Assembly: GCF_036321535.1 (NCBI RefSeq)
Contig: NC_087437.1
Span: forward strand, 4,154,001-4,218,000
Length of the DNA: 64,000 nt
Origin: Camelus dromedarius
Taxonomy: Eukaryota
Direction of reading: 5' to 3'
The position numbers and the translations under genes were made by a program. The notes under the pieces were generated by a model, which saw only the letters and a program-made list of their open reading frames with translations, was not told where the DNA came from and searched no databases. Shown here piece after piece: positions 14,220 through 27,067 of the stretch (position 1 is its first letter; every line of letters starts with the position of its first letter).

Positions 14220-14620
14220 TAACTTTCTCTGTCTCTGTGAAGTTAGGTGAAACAGTCCCCTATCCTGGTCTTGAAGGGAACATTCGTTGTGTAGAAGATT
14301 CCAGTGTAGTCCGCGTGTGCCCAGTGGCCTTGGTGGGAGAGCTGGACCTGAAGTGAGCATGGGCTCTTTCTCCAGGGTGTTCTGGCAGCCACCACCTCGG
14401 TGGGAGGGAGGGCTGGCGTTGGAGGGGACAGAGCCAGAGCCAGATGTGATCTGGGGTTCTCCTACTCTCAGTGGCTGTCACTGCCCTATGGGGGGGGCAG
14501 GGTTGGGGCCCAAGGGGCTGGAGCAGGAGCCCTCAAGAAAACTGGGTTTCTCCTGGGTGTGATCATTGTCTCTGCCTTGGTTGGGGGCATGACTGGGGCC
14601 TGAGGGCTTGGGGCTGCACT
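14220..14620 (-). mobile_element. Inverted L1 5' UTR fragment
   Basis: The reverse complement ends ttcaagaccaggata...tttcacctaacttcacagagacagagaaagt, similar to the pre-ORF1 sequence at about 11490 and 29410. Confidence 0.55.
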
Positions 14621-14649
14621 TTTGTGCTGGTTTTACTTTTTATCCGAGT

Positions 14650-15114
14650 GTAAATTGCTCATGGAAGGAAGTGTCAACTGACGAGGCAAACTTCATTGCT
14701 GGCTTACATGAAGAAATTGCCACAGCCATCCCAGCAACCACCATGCTGATCAGTCAGCAGCCGCTGACAAGGCCAGACCCTCCACCAGCAAAAAGATTAT
14801 GACTTGCTGAAGGCTCAGCTGATGGGTAGCACTTTTTAACAATAAGGTGTTATTTACTTATTTATTTATCTGAAATACAGTCCATTTACAATGTGTCAAT
14901 TTCCCGTGTACAGTGTAATACTTCAGTCATCTGTATATGTACATATATTCCTTTTCATATTCTTTTTCATTATAGGTCGCTACAAGATATTGAATACAGT
15001 TCCCTGTGCTATACAGTAGGTCCTTGTTGTTTATCTGTTTTATATGTAGTAGTTAGTATCTGCAAATCCCAAACTCCCAATTTATCCAATAAGGTATTTT
15101 TAAATTAAGGTATG

Positions 15115-15145
<31 letters not shown>

Positions 15146-15302
15146 AGGCACAATGCCACTTCACACATACACTATAGTATAGTGTAAACATAAGTTTTAA
15201 ATGCACCAGGAAACCGCTGCAGTTTGTGTGACTCACTTTATCAAGATAGTCTCCATTGTGTTTGTCTGGAATCAAACCCACTGTATCTCCAAGATATGCC
15301 TG
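14650..15302 (+). mobile_element. Tigger1-like DNA transposon 3' part, interrupted by an antisense L1 3' end (about 14856-15086)
   Basis: ccctccaccagcaaaaagattatgacttgctgaaggctcag and terminal tatctccaagatatgcctg(ta). caataaggt is duplicated on both sides of the L1 insert. Confidence 0.85.
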
Positions 15303-15303
15303 T

Positions 15304-16285
15304 ACCACATTGTCTTGATTTTGTGGCTTTATAGTATGTATAGTCTTGAAGCTGGAAGTGTCAGTCATCCAGCTTCTTCTTCTCCTTCCATATTGTGTTG
15401 GTTTGTTCTGGATCTTTTGCTTCTCCATATAAACTTTAGAATCAGTTTGTTTCTACAAAATAAATATTCAGTATCTTATAAACCTTTGCTGAAGAAGAAT
15501 ATGAAAATAATATATGTATGTATATGCATGACTGGGACATTGTGTTGTATACCAGAAATTGACACACTGCAACTGACTATATACTTCAATTAAAAAAAAA
15601 AAACTTGCTGGGACTTTGATTGGGTTTGTATTGAACCTACAGATCAAGTTAGGAAGAACTGATATGATACTGACATGGGGAAATGCTCATCTGTGGCATA
15701 TTTATATCCCCACCCTTATCCTTACCTCTATATATCTAGGTACTTCTATATCTGTGCTGTCCAATACACTCACCACCAAGCACATGTATCTGCCAAGGAC
15801 TTGATAACTGGGTAGTCAGAATGGGAAATTGAATTTTTAATTTCACTTAATTTTAATTAATTAAAAAATTTAATGTTCAATTGAGGTATTGGAAAACTTT
15901 TCAGTGTATTTGGAACAACTTGGGTATTTCTAACTACTTTTAAAAATTAAGACGATCTTTTAGAGCAGTTTTACGATCACAGCAGAATTAAGAAAAAGGT
16001 ACAGAGATTTCCCATATGCTCCCTGCTCACACACATGCATAGCCTCTCCCATTATCCGCATCCCCAAATAGAAGGGCACATTTGTTACAATCAATGAATC
16101 TACATTGACACATTATAATCATCCAAAGAAGTCCATGGTTTACATAAGGTTCATTCTTGATATTGTACATTCCATAGATTTGGACAAATATATAATATGT
16201 ATCCATCATTATGGTATCATACAAAACATTTTCTCTGGCCTAAAAATTCTCTGTGTTCCATCTATTCACTCCTCCCCACTTCAAT
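15304..16285. mobile_element. Mosaic of old antisense L1 fragments, a short sense L1 3' end (about 15465-15602) and a hAT-Charlie-like fragment
   Basis: ataaactttagaatcagtttg (antisense ORF2), ctgtgctgtccaata (MER3/33-like), gtacagagatttcccatat (old L1 3' UTR). Confidence 0.65.
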
Positions 16286-17879
16286 TTACTTTATTCAACT
16301 TTGAATTTTATAACATTTAAATAAAGGTTAGGTATTTTTTGATAAAAATTGATCATCCAAATTGAGATAAACTTCAACTGTAATAGCAGGTTTTAGTGCT
16401 AATTGTGTTTTTGAACTTTTCTGTAATGGACACATTGTTTTTATAATTAGATACACATTAGTTCAAGAAGGAAAAAAAAAAAGTCATCTTTAGCAGCAAG
16501 AAATAGTGAAAATATTTCCAATGTGCCTTTTGTGACATTCATAGTACAAATAGTCGACTTTTCAGGAATATGAGTCTCTAGACTATTGGGGAGATAATAT
16601 ATCATCAGGCAGTACCTAAAATTTGAGGAAATCAGTAAGTGTGGATCTGCATGTGGGAATTTGAGAACATTTGTTAATATTTCAAATACAACTATTCAAC
16701 ACATTTTATGGTTGAACTCTTTCCTTGAGCCATGAATAATTTGTTACTATCTTTCTGAACTTTGGCTCTGAGTTAATGTTCTCTAATTCTTGAGGGATTT
16801 TATAGTTAGATTTTGAAAAAGATAAACTGTCACTGGAAGTTATGTAAAAAACTAATTTCCAATCAGCCCTGTCCTTGTGGAGAAGTCACACTTGGACCAA
16901 ATGAAGAGAGAGCTCGCGATTTTCACTGACATTTTCATCTCTTTCCTTTGCGTTGTAACAGCCCGTGAATTAGTCTTTCAGGATGGTTCCCCATCCTGAG
17001 ATTTCTGAGATGGGGTGATTTTGTTAAGTTAGTTAAATGATTGCTCTCCATCACCATTCTTTTATTTCACACCAGGGGGCAAAATGCGGAGGGTCTGCAG
17101 GGATCGCAGGAATTAGCCTAAACTATTTGTGACTTTCTCCTTACTTGTGATCCTGTGAACCTCGAGTAATCCCCAAAGTGGAAACCATGAACACCATACA
17201 CTAACACTGACTACTCACAGGCGGGTATTTCCATCTCTCTTCAAGGGCAAGGAAGCTGAGTTTCAGGCACATTAAGTGTGTAGTAAATATCAGAACTGGG
17301 GTCTACTTATGTCTCTCACATTCTAGGGCCAGTGTTTTTGTTTAACCAGAGGTTTCTCACTAAATACGTTGTTATAGTAGAAATATTTGCTGTGTGTTGC
17401 ACATTAGGAAATGAAGGAAATTTCTGGTTTAACATGGTGGATGACCACACCACCATCTGTCTCTTCTTCTTGAAAATACTGTATATGAGAGAGAGAGAGA
17501 GGGAAACAAGTTGATGCACAAGGACAAAGAGAATTAGAGGACATACAGCCTTAAGTGAGAATGAACAAAATTTTTGAAGAGAGAAAACTCTCTGAAAGAG
17601 AGTGATGACTTTCTTAGCAGAGTGGGGCAAACTGCAAACTGTGAGTGGCTGGGAGTAAGAGAGACTTACAAGAAATGATCTGATTTGTCCTGTAGAAATT
17701 TGGAAAAGCTCAGGATTTAAAGCAGCAAGTATAGCAAAAGATGCAGATGAGGCATGAGACCACAGTGAGAGTGACTGAAATCTTTCATGCAAAGTGGTTG
17801 GGACCTGAGTTTGCTCCTTCTCTCCAGAGTTGGTTGACAAGCCCCTCCTTCACAGTGCGTTCCCAATCAGCTATTTTCT

Positions 17880-19640
17880 GCCACACTCTTAAATGCAGAG
17901 TCAAGGATCACTGGGCATCTGAGGAAAGTTCCCAATATGACAAAGACTCAAACGAATAGAAAAACAACATGGAGGAAATAGATGACATGCAGCCAAGGAA
18001 ATCTCTAAGAAAGTGGAACAAAATAGGAGTAGAGAATAGGAAACAGGATAAGAAATTTAGGGAGGTCAATCTGGGAGAGTTTAAGCTTCACCGAATAAAG
18101 AAGAGGAAATTTTCAAAGACATAACACAAGAAAATTCCCTAGAACTGAAGGACTTGATTTGCCAGGTTGATAAGGCTCTTCATGTGCCCACTTCAATTAA
18201 TTAAAAAAAGAAATACCTAAGAAAGATCTTTATGAATGTCAGGACACCAGGGATAAAGAAATATCCTAAAAGCTTGTGGTGGGAAGATCATGTCACTTAC
18301 AAAGAAATGGGAATGAAAGCGGCATTCCTCCAGCCGACACCAGAGGCTATGATGCCACGGAACGTCATAATTAGGAAGCAATTTATGTTCCACTTTAGCT
18401 AAACATAGAATTCTATACCCAGGTAAACCATGAATTTCCTGATACAGTCATAACAAAGTACCACACACTGTGTAGCTTAAAACAACAGAAATTTATTCTC
18501 TCACAGTTATGGTGACCAGAAGTCCAAAATCAAGGTGTTGGCAGGTTGATTTTTCCTAGAGGCTCTGAGGGATTGTCTGTTCCATGTATCTTTCCTGGCT
18601 TCCATGGTTGTCTGCAATCTTGAGTGTTCCCTGGCTTGAGGTGCGTTACTCCAGTCTCTGCCTCTGTCCTCAAATGACCTTCTTTCTTCTGTGTGTGTCT
18701 CTATGTCTTCCCATAGCCTTCAAAGAAGGCCACCAGTCATTCAACTGAGGGTCCACCCTAATCCAGTATGACCTCATCTTAACTAGTGATGTCTGTGAAG
18801 ACCCTGTTTTTAAATAGGGTCACATTCTGACATTCCAGGTGGACATGAATTTGGAGGGGGAAACACTTTTCAACCCAGTACAAACCATCAATCAAGTACA
18901 AGGACAGAATAAAGACACCTGGGGAATTTAAGGACTGAAAAATCGTATCTCCAGTGCACTGGTTCTTAGGGAAGTTACTGGAGGATGTGCTTTTTCCAAA
19001 TAAGTAAGTAAACTAAGAAAGAGGAAGGCATGGAACCAAGTAAAAGGAAATCTAACAAGGAAAGCAGAATTAAGAGTCCACGCAAAGCAGAAGAGTGGGG
19101 TGAAGTCTTTCAGGGCAAGGGAGAGAAAATACTAAGGATTTGATGTATTTGACTATTTGGAAAGTGAAATTGATGGTTGCTTAGCAGAGCTGAAAGTCTA
19201 AGATAAAACAGAAGTTGAATAAGAAAGAGATATTCAAGGTCCCTTCTTGGCTTCATGCTAAGTGATCTTTACATAGTCATAAATTAGCAGCTCTAATTCT
19301 CGATTTAATGAAAACACAAGGGACTATATCAGGAAGGTAAGGATGGATGACTACATTGGAAAAGTTGCTAAATATTCGTCAGTCATTATAGGAAGTCATC
19401 AGATAATGTCTGAAATCGATATGACATACAGTTACACTGTTAGCACATTATCCAGAAATAGGTAAAAAACAAAAGAAGAAAGAAAGAAAAGTTTACATGG
19501 TAACCTCTGGGAAATGGATCCGGGCAGACAAAAGGAAGGGGTAGCTGAATTTTATTATGAGCCTTTTAATGTTGTTTGATTTTTAAAAAATTTTGTGCTA
19601 GTAATATTTTATAGCAATTCAAATTAAAAGAGAAAAGAAT
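17880..19640 (+). mobile_element. HAL1 or ancient L1 ORF1-like remnant
   Basis: aaagacataacacaagaaaattccctagaactgaaggac and agaattctatacccag are decayed ORF1-type motifs. Confidence 0.6.
18435..18882 (-). mobile_element. MLT1 (MaLR) LTR nested in the HAL1 remnant
   Basis: ataacaaagtaccacac...aacaacagaaatttattctctcacagtt...ccctaatccagtatgacctcatcttaac. Confidence 0.85.
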
Positions 19641-21989
19641 AATACAACATGAACAAGAATCACCTAAAGAGTGAGTTAAACTGCAGCTTCTCTGTTGAGA
19701 TCTAGAAATTCCAATTTAGTAGAATTGGGGGACCCTGGAACTCTGCACTTAACAATTATGAAATTCTGATGGGAGTGGTCCCTGGAGCCCACTTTGAGAA
19801 ACGCTTGTCTGGAAAACAGCCACAAGATTGTTGGGACATCAGCTTCAGCTTTTCTGGTAGAAACCAAGGAAATCTGATCCTATGTTATTTATGTCCATCC
19901 CATAATTGGCATTGGGGTAAAACTGTCTTGCATGTTAAAACTCTACTTAATTGAAAGTAAGTAACTGATTCTAACTCCAAGAGTAAGCCATGGAATAAGA
20001 AATCAGGATACAGAAGCCAAAACATGTTTTCAGGCAGTTGGAAAGAGGCTTCCAACTAGGCAGGTTGCAAACATTGGCAGAAAGCCCTGTGGACACTCAC
20101 TCCCATGTCTGCGGGAGGCTGAATTCACCTGCTGGGTACCAGAAAGCATATAAGAAAAGGAATGCTGTCGACTCTGCCACACCATGTGGTCCCCCCACTG
20201 CTGTGGGACAGCTGTGTATGTGAAGGTGTCTGAGGTCCTGTCCCAGACTATGTTGAGGAGAATTTTTAGAAGTGTGTCTGGGGGGATGCTGAAGTTGCTC
20301 CTGAAACATGCTACTTACACAGTGACAGAAGCACCCAGTGACTGCAAATCAAATCTACTGTAAAAGGCTTGTAAAGTCATGATTAGCACTCTCCAAAGTT
20401 CTACGCAATACTGTTCCTCAGTCTACCCTGAAATTTATCACCAGCTTCCCAAACAGAGCCATTAGGACAGTTCCTAACTGCTGCTCAGTGCTGCACACTA
20501 GATCATGTACTGTACACACGCCACTACTCACAAAAGCCAGCTTCACAGATGAGAAAATTTGATGTTCCAAGAAGTGAAGCCACAAGCCAGCATCACATAC
20601 CCAGGGTGTAGAACAAGTCTCATTCTTCCCATGACTCCAAACTGCATCCAGGACAATCTTTAAGCCTGCAGGCTATCAGATCACAGGACAAGATCATCAG
20701 CATCGAAGCTGCCAAGTGTGGTCCAGTTATCACTGCACGCGTGTCCGCTGGGTGGAAATCCTGCTGGTCTGCGAGGGCTCTCATGCAGGTGCTGAACACA
20801 GCCACACGGCCGGAGAGACCGAGGGAGCCCCTGCAAGAGCCAGCACGACACGGATCCAGCTCGGACATGGTGGGGCTGGGAGGGGGACAGCGAGGGGGTG
20901 GCTGATTTCAGCAAAGACCAGTTTTTAAGGTGAGGTCACTAGTTGAAGGGTTTCAGAAAGAAGCTGCCGATACCGAAGAAACCAGCAAATTCTTAATCAC
21001 GGAATTTATAAACCGAGGGGATTTCAGGGGAGATGAGCCTACTCCTGCCATTTTACTGCTAATAATGATAAAGAGGAGGGAGAAAATGACGGTTAACATT
21101 CTCCATCTTCCATACGCAGGCCTTGTGTTATTTCACTTAATCCAGTGAGCTAGGTACAGGGTTTATCCCCATTTTATTGATCAGGAAATCGAGGCCAAGA
21201 GATGTGGTGATTCACTCAAGGTGTCACAACCAGTTGAGGGTAGAGGTAGGACTCGAATCCAAGCACCTGATGCCCAACGGTGACTAGATCTCTCCATACC
21301 TGATAGCCAATTTCTCATCCCATGAGAATTCATGAAAAGCACACAGTCTTCACAAGAACCAGGCAAATACAGCTCTAAATCCCTCTTTACCTTGGGCTCT
21401 TTCTGAATCCCAGATCCCTCAGCTATAAAATAGAGATAGTGATGTCTTACTGTTCCTTCCGTTGTCAGCATTAAATGAAATCCCATCTACGAAGCACCTA
21501 TCACAGCATCTGGTACATGGTAGGAAGTCAACAAATGTGTGGTTTTTTCCTGCTTCCTCTTGCCTTGTGTTGGAAACAGTGTCTCTTCGTTCTTTTCAGC
21601 ATCTGCCCTCTTAGATAGTAATCAACTCTCATACTGATCTTCCAAATGGATCGACCATATATTCCCACACATACGAGGACACACACAATGACGCATCTCA
21701 ATACAGAATCCACACAGTCAGTCCCTCTCCCCATGAAACACGATGGGGATTATGGTTTAAACAAAAACCTATTTTAAGGACAGAGAGCCTCTGAGACACT
21801 TACTTTTTGTTGGCTGACCTACCTGATTTTACTAGAAAATAGGAAATATTAGGAAATAATTTTCATAAATTTAAGAAATGCCAAAATGGCTCCTTTGCCT
21901 GTCTTCCTAATATAATTAATTGGTATTTGGCTGGTATTCAGTTGCACAAAAGAAGCACACACCCGGAGCTTTAAAAATGCCCAGTGTCT

Positions 21990-22727
21990 GTTGGTGGCAA
22001 CACAGTCTGGTGCAACCATTACGGAGCCAGCATGGAGTTTCCTTCGAAAAATGAAGGTGGACCTATCCTATGATCCAGCAATCCCACTCCTGGGCATATA
22101 TCCAGAGGGAATTCGAATTTGAAAAGACACCTGCACCCCAGTGTTCACAGCAGCACTATTTACAACAGCCAAGACATGGAAACAGCCTAAATGTCCATCG
22201 ACAGATGACTGGATAAAGAAGTTGTGGTGTATTTATACAATGGAACACTACTCAGAATGAAATAATATCATTTGCTGCAACATGGATGGACCTGGAGATC
22301 ATCATACTAAGTAAGCCAGAAAGAGAAAGAAAAATACTATATGTTATCAATTATATATGGAATCCAAGAAAAAAAAGGATGTAAGTGAACTTATTTACAG
22401 AATAAAAATAGACTCACAGACATAGAAAACAAACTTATGGTTACCAGAGGGGAAAGAGGGTGGAGAGGGATAAATTGGGAGGCGGGGATTTGCAGATACT
22501 AACTACTGTATATAAAACAGATAAACAACAAGGTCCTACTGTACAGCACAGGGAACTATGTTCAATAGCTTATAATAGCTTTTAATGAAAAAGAGTATGA
22601 AAAGGAATATATATATAACTGAATCACTATGCTGTACACCAGAAATTAACACATTGTAAACCAACTATATACATCAATAAAAAAAAGAAGAAAAACCAAA
22701 GATGCCAAAACAGATACTTTTTAAGAA
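21990..22727 (+). mobile_element. 5'-truncated L1 with 17-bp TSD, inserted in a MER5-like element
   Basis: TSD aaaaaYgcccagtgtct at 21973-21989 and 22728-22744. Confidence 0.9.
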
Positions 22728-22873
22728 AAAAACGCCCAGTGTCTAGGCTACACCCTGTAGCAATTTAATCAGAATCCCTGGGGGTGAGGCTCAGGCATCA
22801 GTCACTGAAAAAACAACTCCTCAGGTGTTCCCAACGAACAGTCTAAGCTAAGAACCATGACGCCCCACTTGAG

Positions 22874-23038
22874 CAGTGGTTTTCAAAGTGGGGTCTCGGG
22901 ATGCGCAGCATTAGCGTCAGCTGGGAGCTCGTAAGAAGTGCGCGTTTTCAGGCCCCACACCAGACCTGCTGCATCAGGAATTCTGGGGGTGGGGCCTTCC
23001 AGGGCATTCTTATGCACAGTCAAGTTTGAGAACCACTG
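22874..23038. mobile_element. MER5A-like hAT MITE
   Basis: TIRs cagtggttttcaaa ... tttgagaaccactg. Confidence 0.85.
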
Positions 23039-23089
23039 CTCTGAATACCCAGCCCTCCCCCTTAACCTCTGTCCCAGCTGATCAATTAT

Positions 23090-23770
23090 CACGTCCTACT
23101 CATCTTTTAGATATTTCCCTTAACCGTCCACTCATCTCCAACGGAGCGCCGCTGTCCACGGCTGCCTGGCTAGCTCACTGATTATCCTGTGCCTGGTTCT
23201 CCCCTGTGCTTCTCCCTTCCCTCAGCAGCCAGTACCAGCTAATAAAAGCCCAACCACGTCCCTTCTCTGGGGCCTCCAGACAGCATCGCAACATGGCACG
23301 TGGCCCTCTACGGCAGGCCTGTGTAACCTCTCCATCCGCATCTCTCATCACCCAGCGAGCGGCACAGAATACACCCATCAACCCCTCTTCCCCAGGCACA
23401 CTACGGCGTTGATGGTTTAGACAGCAACCTATTTTAAGGACAAAGTGGGGGAGACGGTTTGCTTTTTGTTGGGTTACTTACCTGATTTTTGCCCGGCTAA
23501 GTTGCATCCAATCACCTATTTCAGATCAGTGGAGCTCTTCTTTATGAAACCTTCTCTGGGTCCCTAGTCTGGGGTAAGGAGTCCTTCCCCTTCTCCCCCC
23601 AGTGCTCTCTGCCCACTTCACCTTAGCACTACGACAGGAAATCAAAGATCTCCTGCTGACTCAGTCTTCCCGGCTAGACCATGAGCTCCAGGCATAGGTC
23701 AGCTTTGCCCGCCTTTTCATGTCCCCTGTGTCTGGCATAATGCCTGCGACGTGGTCGTTGCTTAACACAC
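23090..23770 (+). mobile_element. L2 fragment
   Basis: ctagaccatgagctccagg...gtgtctggcataatgcctg, L2 3' motifs. Confidence 0.6.
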
Positions 23771-26289
23771 GACGCCAAGCAGAGCCGAAAGTGAGCAAAA
23801 GGCACCGACGACTCTGCAGAGCGTCAAGCAAGTGGTTCCCGCCAGCGCTTCCCAGACGGAGAGGTGCCCGGGAATTACGGGGTGGGGGGGGGGGACGCTC
23901 TCAACAACGTGGATGCCGGATCCGTCGCCTCGGGGCCGTTTCTAACAAGCTCCCAGGTGCTGCTGATGCTGCTGGTTCGTGGACCATCCGCTGCGCTCCA
24001 GGAGCTTGGACTGTGGCCCTTCAGAGCCATGAAACACAGGGCGCTGGTAGATCAAGTAGTGCCACACTAGAAGCAACTTTTTTACTTTGCAGAAGTGCAA
24101 GTAACGGAGAGGACAAAAGATGAGGTTTGCTGTTTACTAGCCTATTCTCATCTCCTTCGCTCGAGAGTCTTATACACTCTGTCGTAAGGGGCTGCAAACA
24201 GTCGTCTCGTGAGCCAGACCCCCACATGGCTGTGGTCCTCATCACAGGAGGCGAGAGCATCCTTACCAGCAGCGTTTGTGTAGATAGAGGCCAACCCTTC
24301 CAGCTATTATCGGACTAGCTCTGAGCACAGAATCCAAATTCAGTGTGAGAAGTAGGAGCCAGAGAGAAGCGAGGGAGGCCAAAAGGAAATCAGCAAGACA
24401 GGGCTTATTCATTCATCCCTTCCTGCAAAAGGCAAAACGGTTCTTGAGCATCTGTGAAGATCCTAGCGCGCCACGAGGGGAGAGGTGCTAGGGTTGTCAC
24501 GGTGGACAACGGTGGAGAGGAAATGTAGTCAGCGGAAAATTCCACAGTCCCAGGTCAGTGATGGAAAGAGGTTCCAACGTCGAGAGTCCCAGAGGGGCTG
24601 CACAAATTTTCAACTCAGATTCTCAAACCCCCGCTGCTCACACTCTGAGGAAAGATTTAGGAATCTGATTTAAAATGTCACATCAAGTTTTCCAGAGATA
24701 TCACAGGATTCTTAGTCATCTGTAATTCTGACCAGCTGTTCCGCAGCATCGTCCAAGTCGTGGAAGGCTGCAGCGGCTCAGAGACGGGTCTTTTCTGCAC
24801 AGAACCCCTGGGAAAAGGTGCGCTGAATACACATGCCACGGCCCTTCTCTGAGGGCATGCGATTTTGCTTATAGATCACTCCATATTCAAATAGGTTGGC
24901 TATTGTGGAGTGGGTCAAGATTTTTTTTTTTTAAGTTTGCTGGGTTTTGTTAAGCTCTAAAAAAAAAAGGTGTTTCAGCCACTCACCACACTTGCGGTGG
25001 CCTCAGCTCCCACTACCCCAGATTTCCAGTCCAGTCCCACTGGTCCCCTCACAATCTCTGCTCACATATTCCTGACTTCCCTATTCACATCAGTGCACAA
25101 ACACGCACACTTTCATTTTGTCCTGTTTTGGCTTTTATTTCCTTGTCATTGTTCATGCCAGTTCCCTTCCTCCCTTCAAACTAAACCATGTGTATCTTTT
25201 AAGATGAGTTTGTTCATTCTTTCAGTAAATCTTTATTGGGTGCTTTTTAAGTGCCGGGTACCATCCTGGGAGTTGGGAGTTCAGTGATGGACAAATAGGG
25301 ATGCTCACGTCAGTGCCCGGTGGGGATGCAGACGAGTGAATGGGCAGAGCCAGCATAACCCTCCCTGGTGAGGGCTCAGAGGGAGAGAGCCACGCAGGAG
25401 GAGGGTGTTCTGCTCAGCGCTGGGAATTTGAAGATGTTCCCAAGCATGTGAGAGCCAACCAGAGGAGGAAGAGGAGGGAGGCAGGGAAGGGGTTCCTTGC
25501 AGTGGAGAGATTAGGCTGGAAAAGTAAGCAAAGGTCAGATTTTAAGGCATGGAACAAGCTTGTACTGTTATCATAAAGAAAGGACAGCACTAAGGATTTG
25601 TAACGGTGCGAATTCCGTCTATTCCTCGCCAGTTATTTAAATCCCAAGTGACTTCTGTGGTTTCCAAAACAATTACTGGCTCTCCTTGGCAGCCTTACTC
25701 TGAATTTATGCGTGCTATTTTTTCCCATCCTAGGGTCATTCTCTGCTGTTGGGTCTCCACTTATTTTGTACCTGCAGCATACATTCAAGTATTCTATTTT
25801 TGGCTTAAAAATGTCCAAAATACATACTACAGCTATTTTAAAACTTCCCTATATTTACAGTGTCATTGTTCCTCCAGTGAAACAATGTCATTTAATATCA
25901 CTCTTCTTACCTCTTATTTATTTTTTTAATGGAGGTACTGGGGATTAAACCCAGGCTACTTTCGGATGTTTGACAGTCTAGAATTAATTGACTGAGTCAT
26001 TTTAAAATTATTCAAACAAACGAGTAATGTTAAGGAAAATTATGTGGGAAAAATATAAAATTGCCTTCAGTATCATGCCATTAGCATAGTCATTTTTTAA
26101 ACACACAATATATACTCATTGACTTGGCAGTTACTTGCTGCCTTAACCAAGTTGAGTGATTTTTAAAATCAATTCACTATTGGCTTATTTGACTTTATAC
26201 GTATATGTATATTTTCCGAATATGTTTAATCCTGTTCCAGTGGGTCTGAGTTAGACGACAGGTAAGGAAAAATGAACAGAGCCAACGCC

Positions 26290-27047
26290 CAGCTCAGGCT
26301 TGCCTTTATTGTAGAACTCGTCTCTTGCTAATTCCCAGGAACAGTTCTGGTCGTATGTTCATGCTTTTCCATACGTTTTGTTTTGTTTGCAGCAAAATCA
26401 AATACCCGCAAAGCAAAGCATGCTAAAACAGATGATCACAGCACAAAGCAGCAGTGCATAAAATGAGCCTTGTCTCATTTTTTCTTTCTTACAAGTTCCA
26501 TTCTTTTGTAAACATCCTGTGAAGAGCAGGCATTGACTATAATGTTAGTAGCCTGATGGGGGGTTTACAGAGCAATCGGTTTTAAATGCACCATTAGGGT
26601 CACACTGGAAATAAGACATGGGCGTGGCTTTCTATTTCTCTGAATAGACTGAAGACATTCTTAGGAGATGCTGAACCTCAGTGCCTTCTACTCGAGTCCA
26701 ATTTGAGATACAGATGTGATGAAAATTAGGGCAAATATATGCTTTAGTCAGATACATCATCACCATTGATGCCCGGCACAGAGTTGTCAAAGAAAAGATT
26801 CAGTTAATCCTTCACAGTCCATTGTCCCAATTCTTGGAAGAAATAAAATCATTCCTAGTTTCTTGGATCTGCTCATTGAAGTCCTCACTCAGAAAAGTCT
26901 TTCCTTCAAATTCGAAACAGAACAAATTGGCATGTTATTAGCCAACTGTTTTCATGAAAAATTTCTGCCACTTACCACTCTACCTCTAATAGATGATTTA
27001 AACTTTCTGGTGAGAGCCACGTGGAGCTACATTCTTTCCTGCTCTGA
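26290..27047 (-). other. COL6A5: Probable COL6A5 3' UTR
   Basis: Stretch without a recognised repeat between the stop codon and the AATAAA at 26305-26310. Confidence 0.65.
26305..26310 (-). terminator. Candidate polyadenylation signal AATAAA
   Basis: Plus strand tttatt; followed on the minus strand by a GU/U-rich tract (gttggctctgttcattttt). Confidence 0.6.
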
Positions 27048-27067
27048 TCATCTTGTGTCCTCAGCAT
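27048..27067 (-). CDS. COL6A5: COL6A5 terminal exon, coding part: (D)AEDTR-stop
   Basis: Strong acceptor tatttctactttgcag|AT. G from the previous exon plus AT gives GAT, then GCT GAG GAC ACA AGA TGA. Followed by about 740 nt of apparently non-repetitive sequence and an AATAAA. Confidence 0.8.

Noticed and set aside
20620..20930. CpG-containing short ORFs, possible pseudogene
   Set aside because: No recognisable protein, poly(A) tail or TSD.
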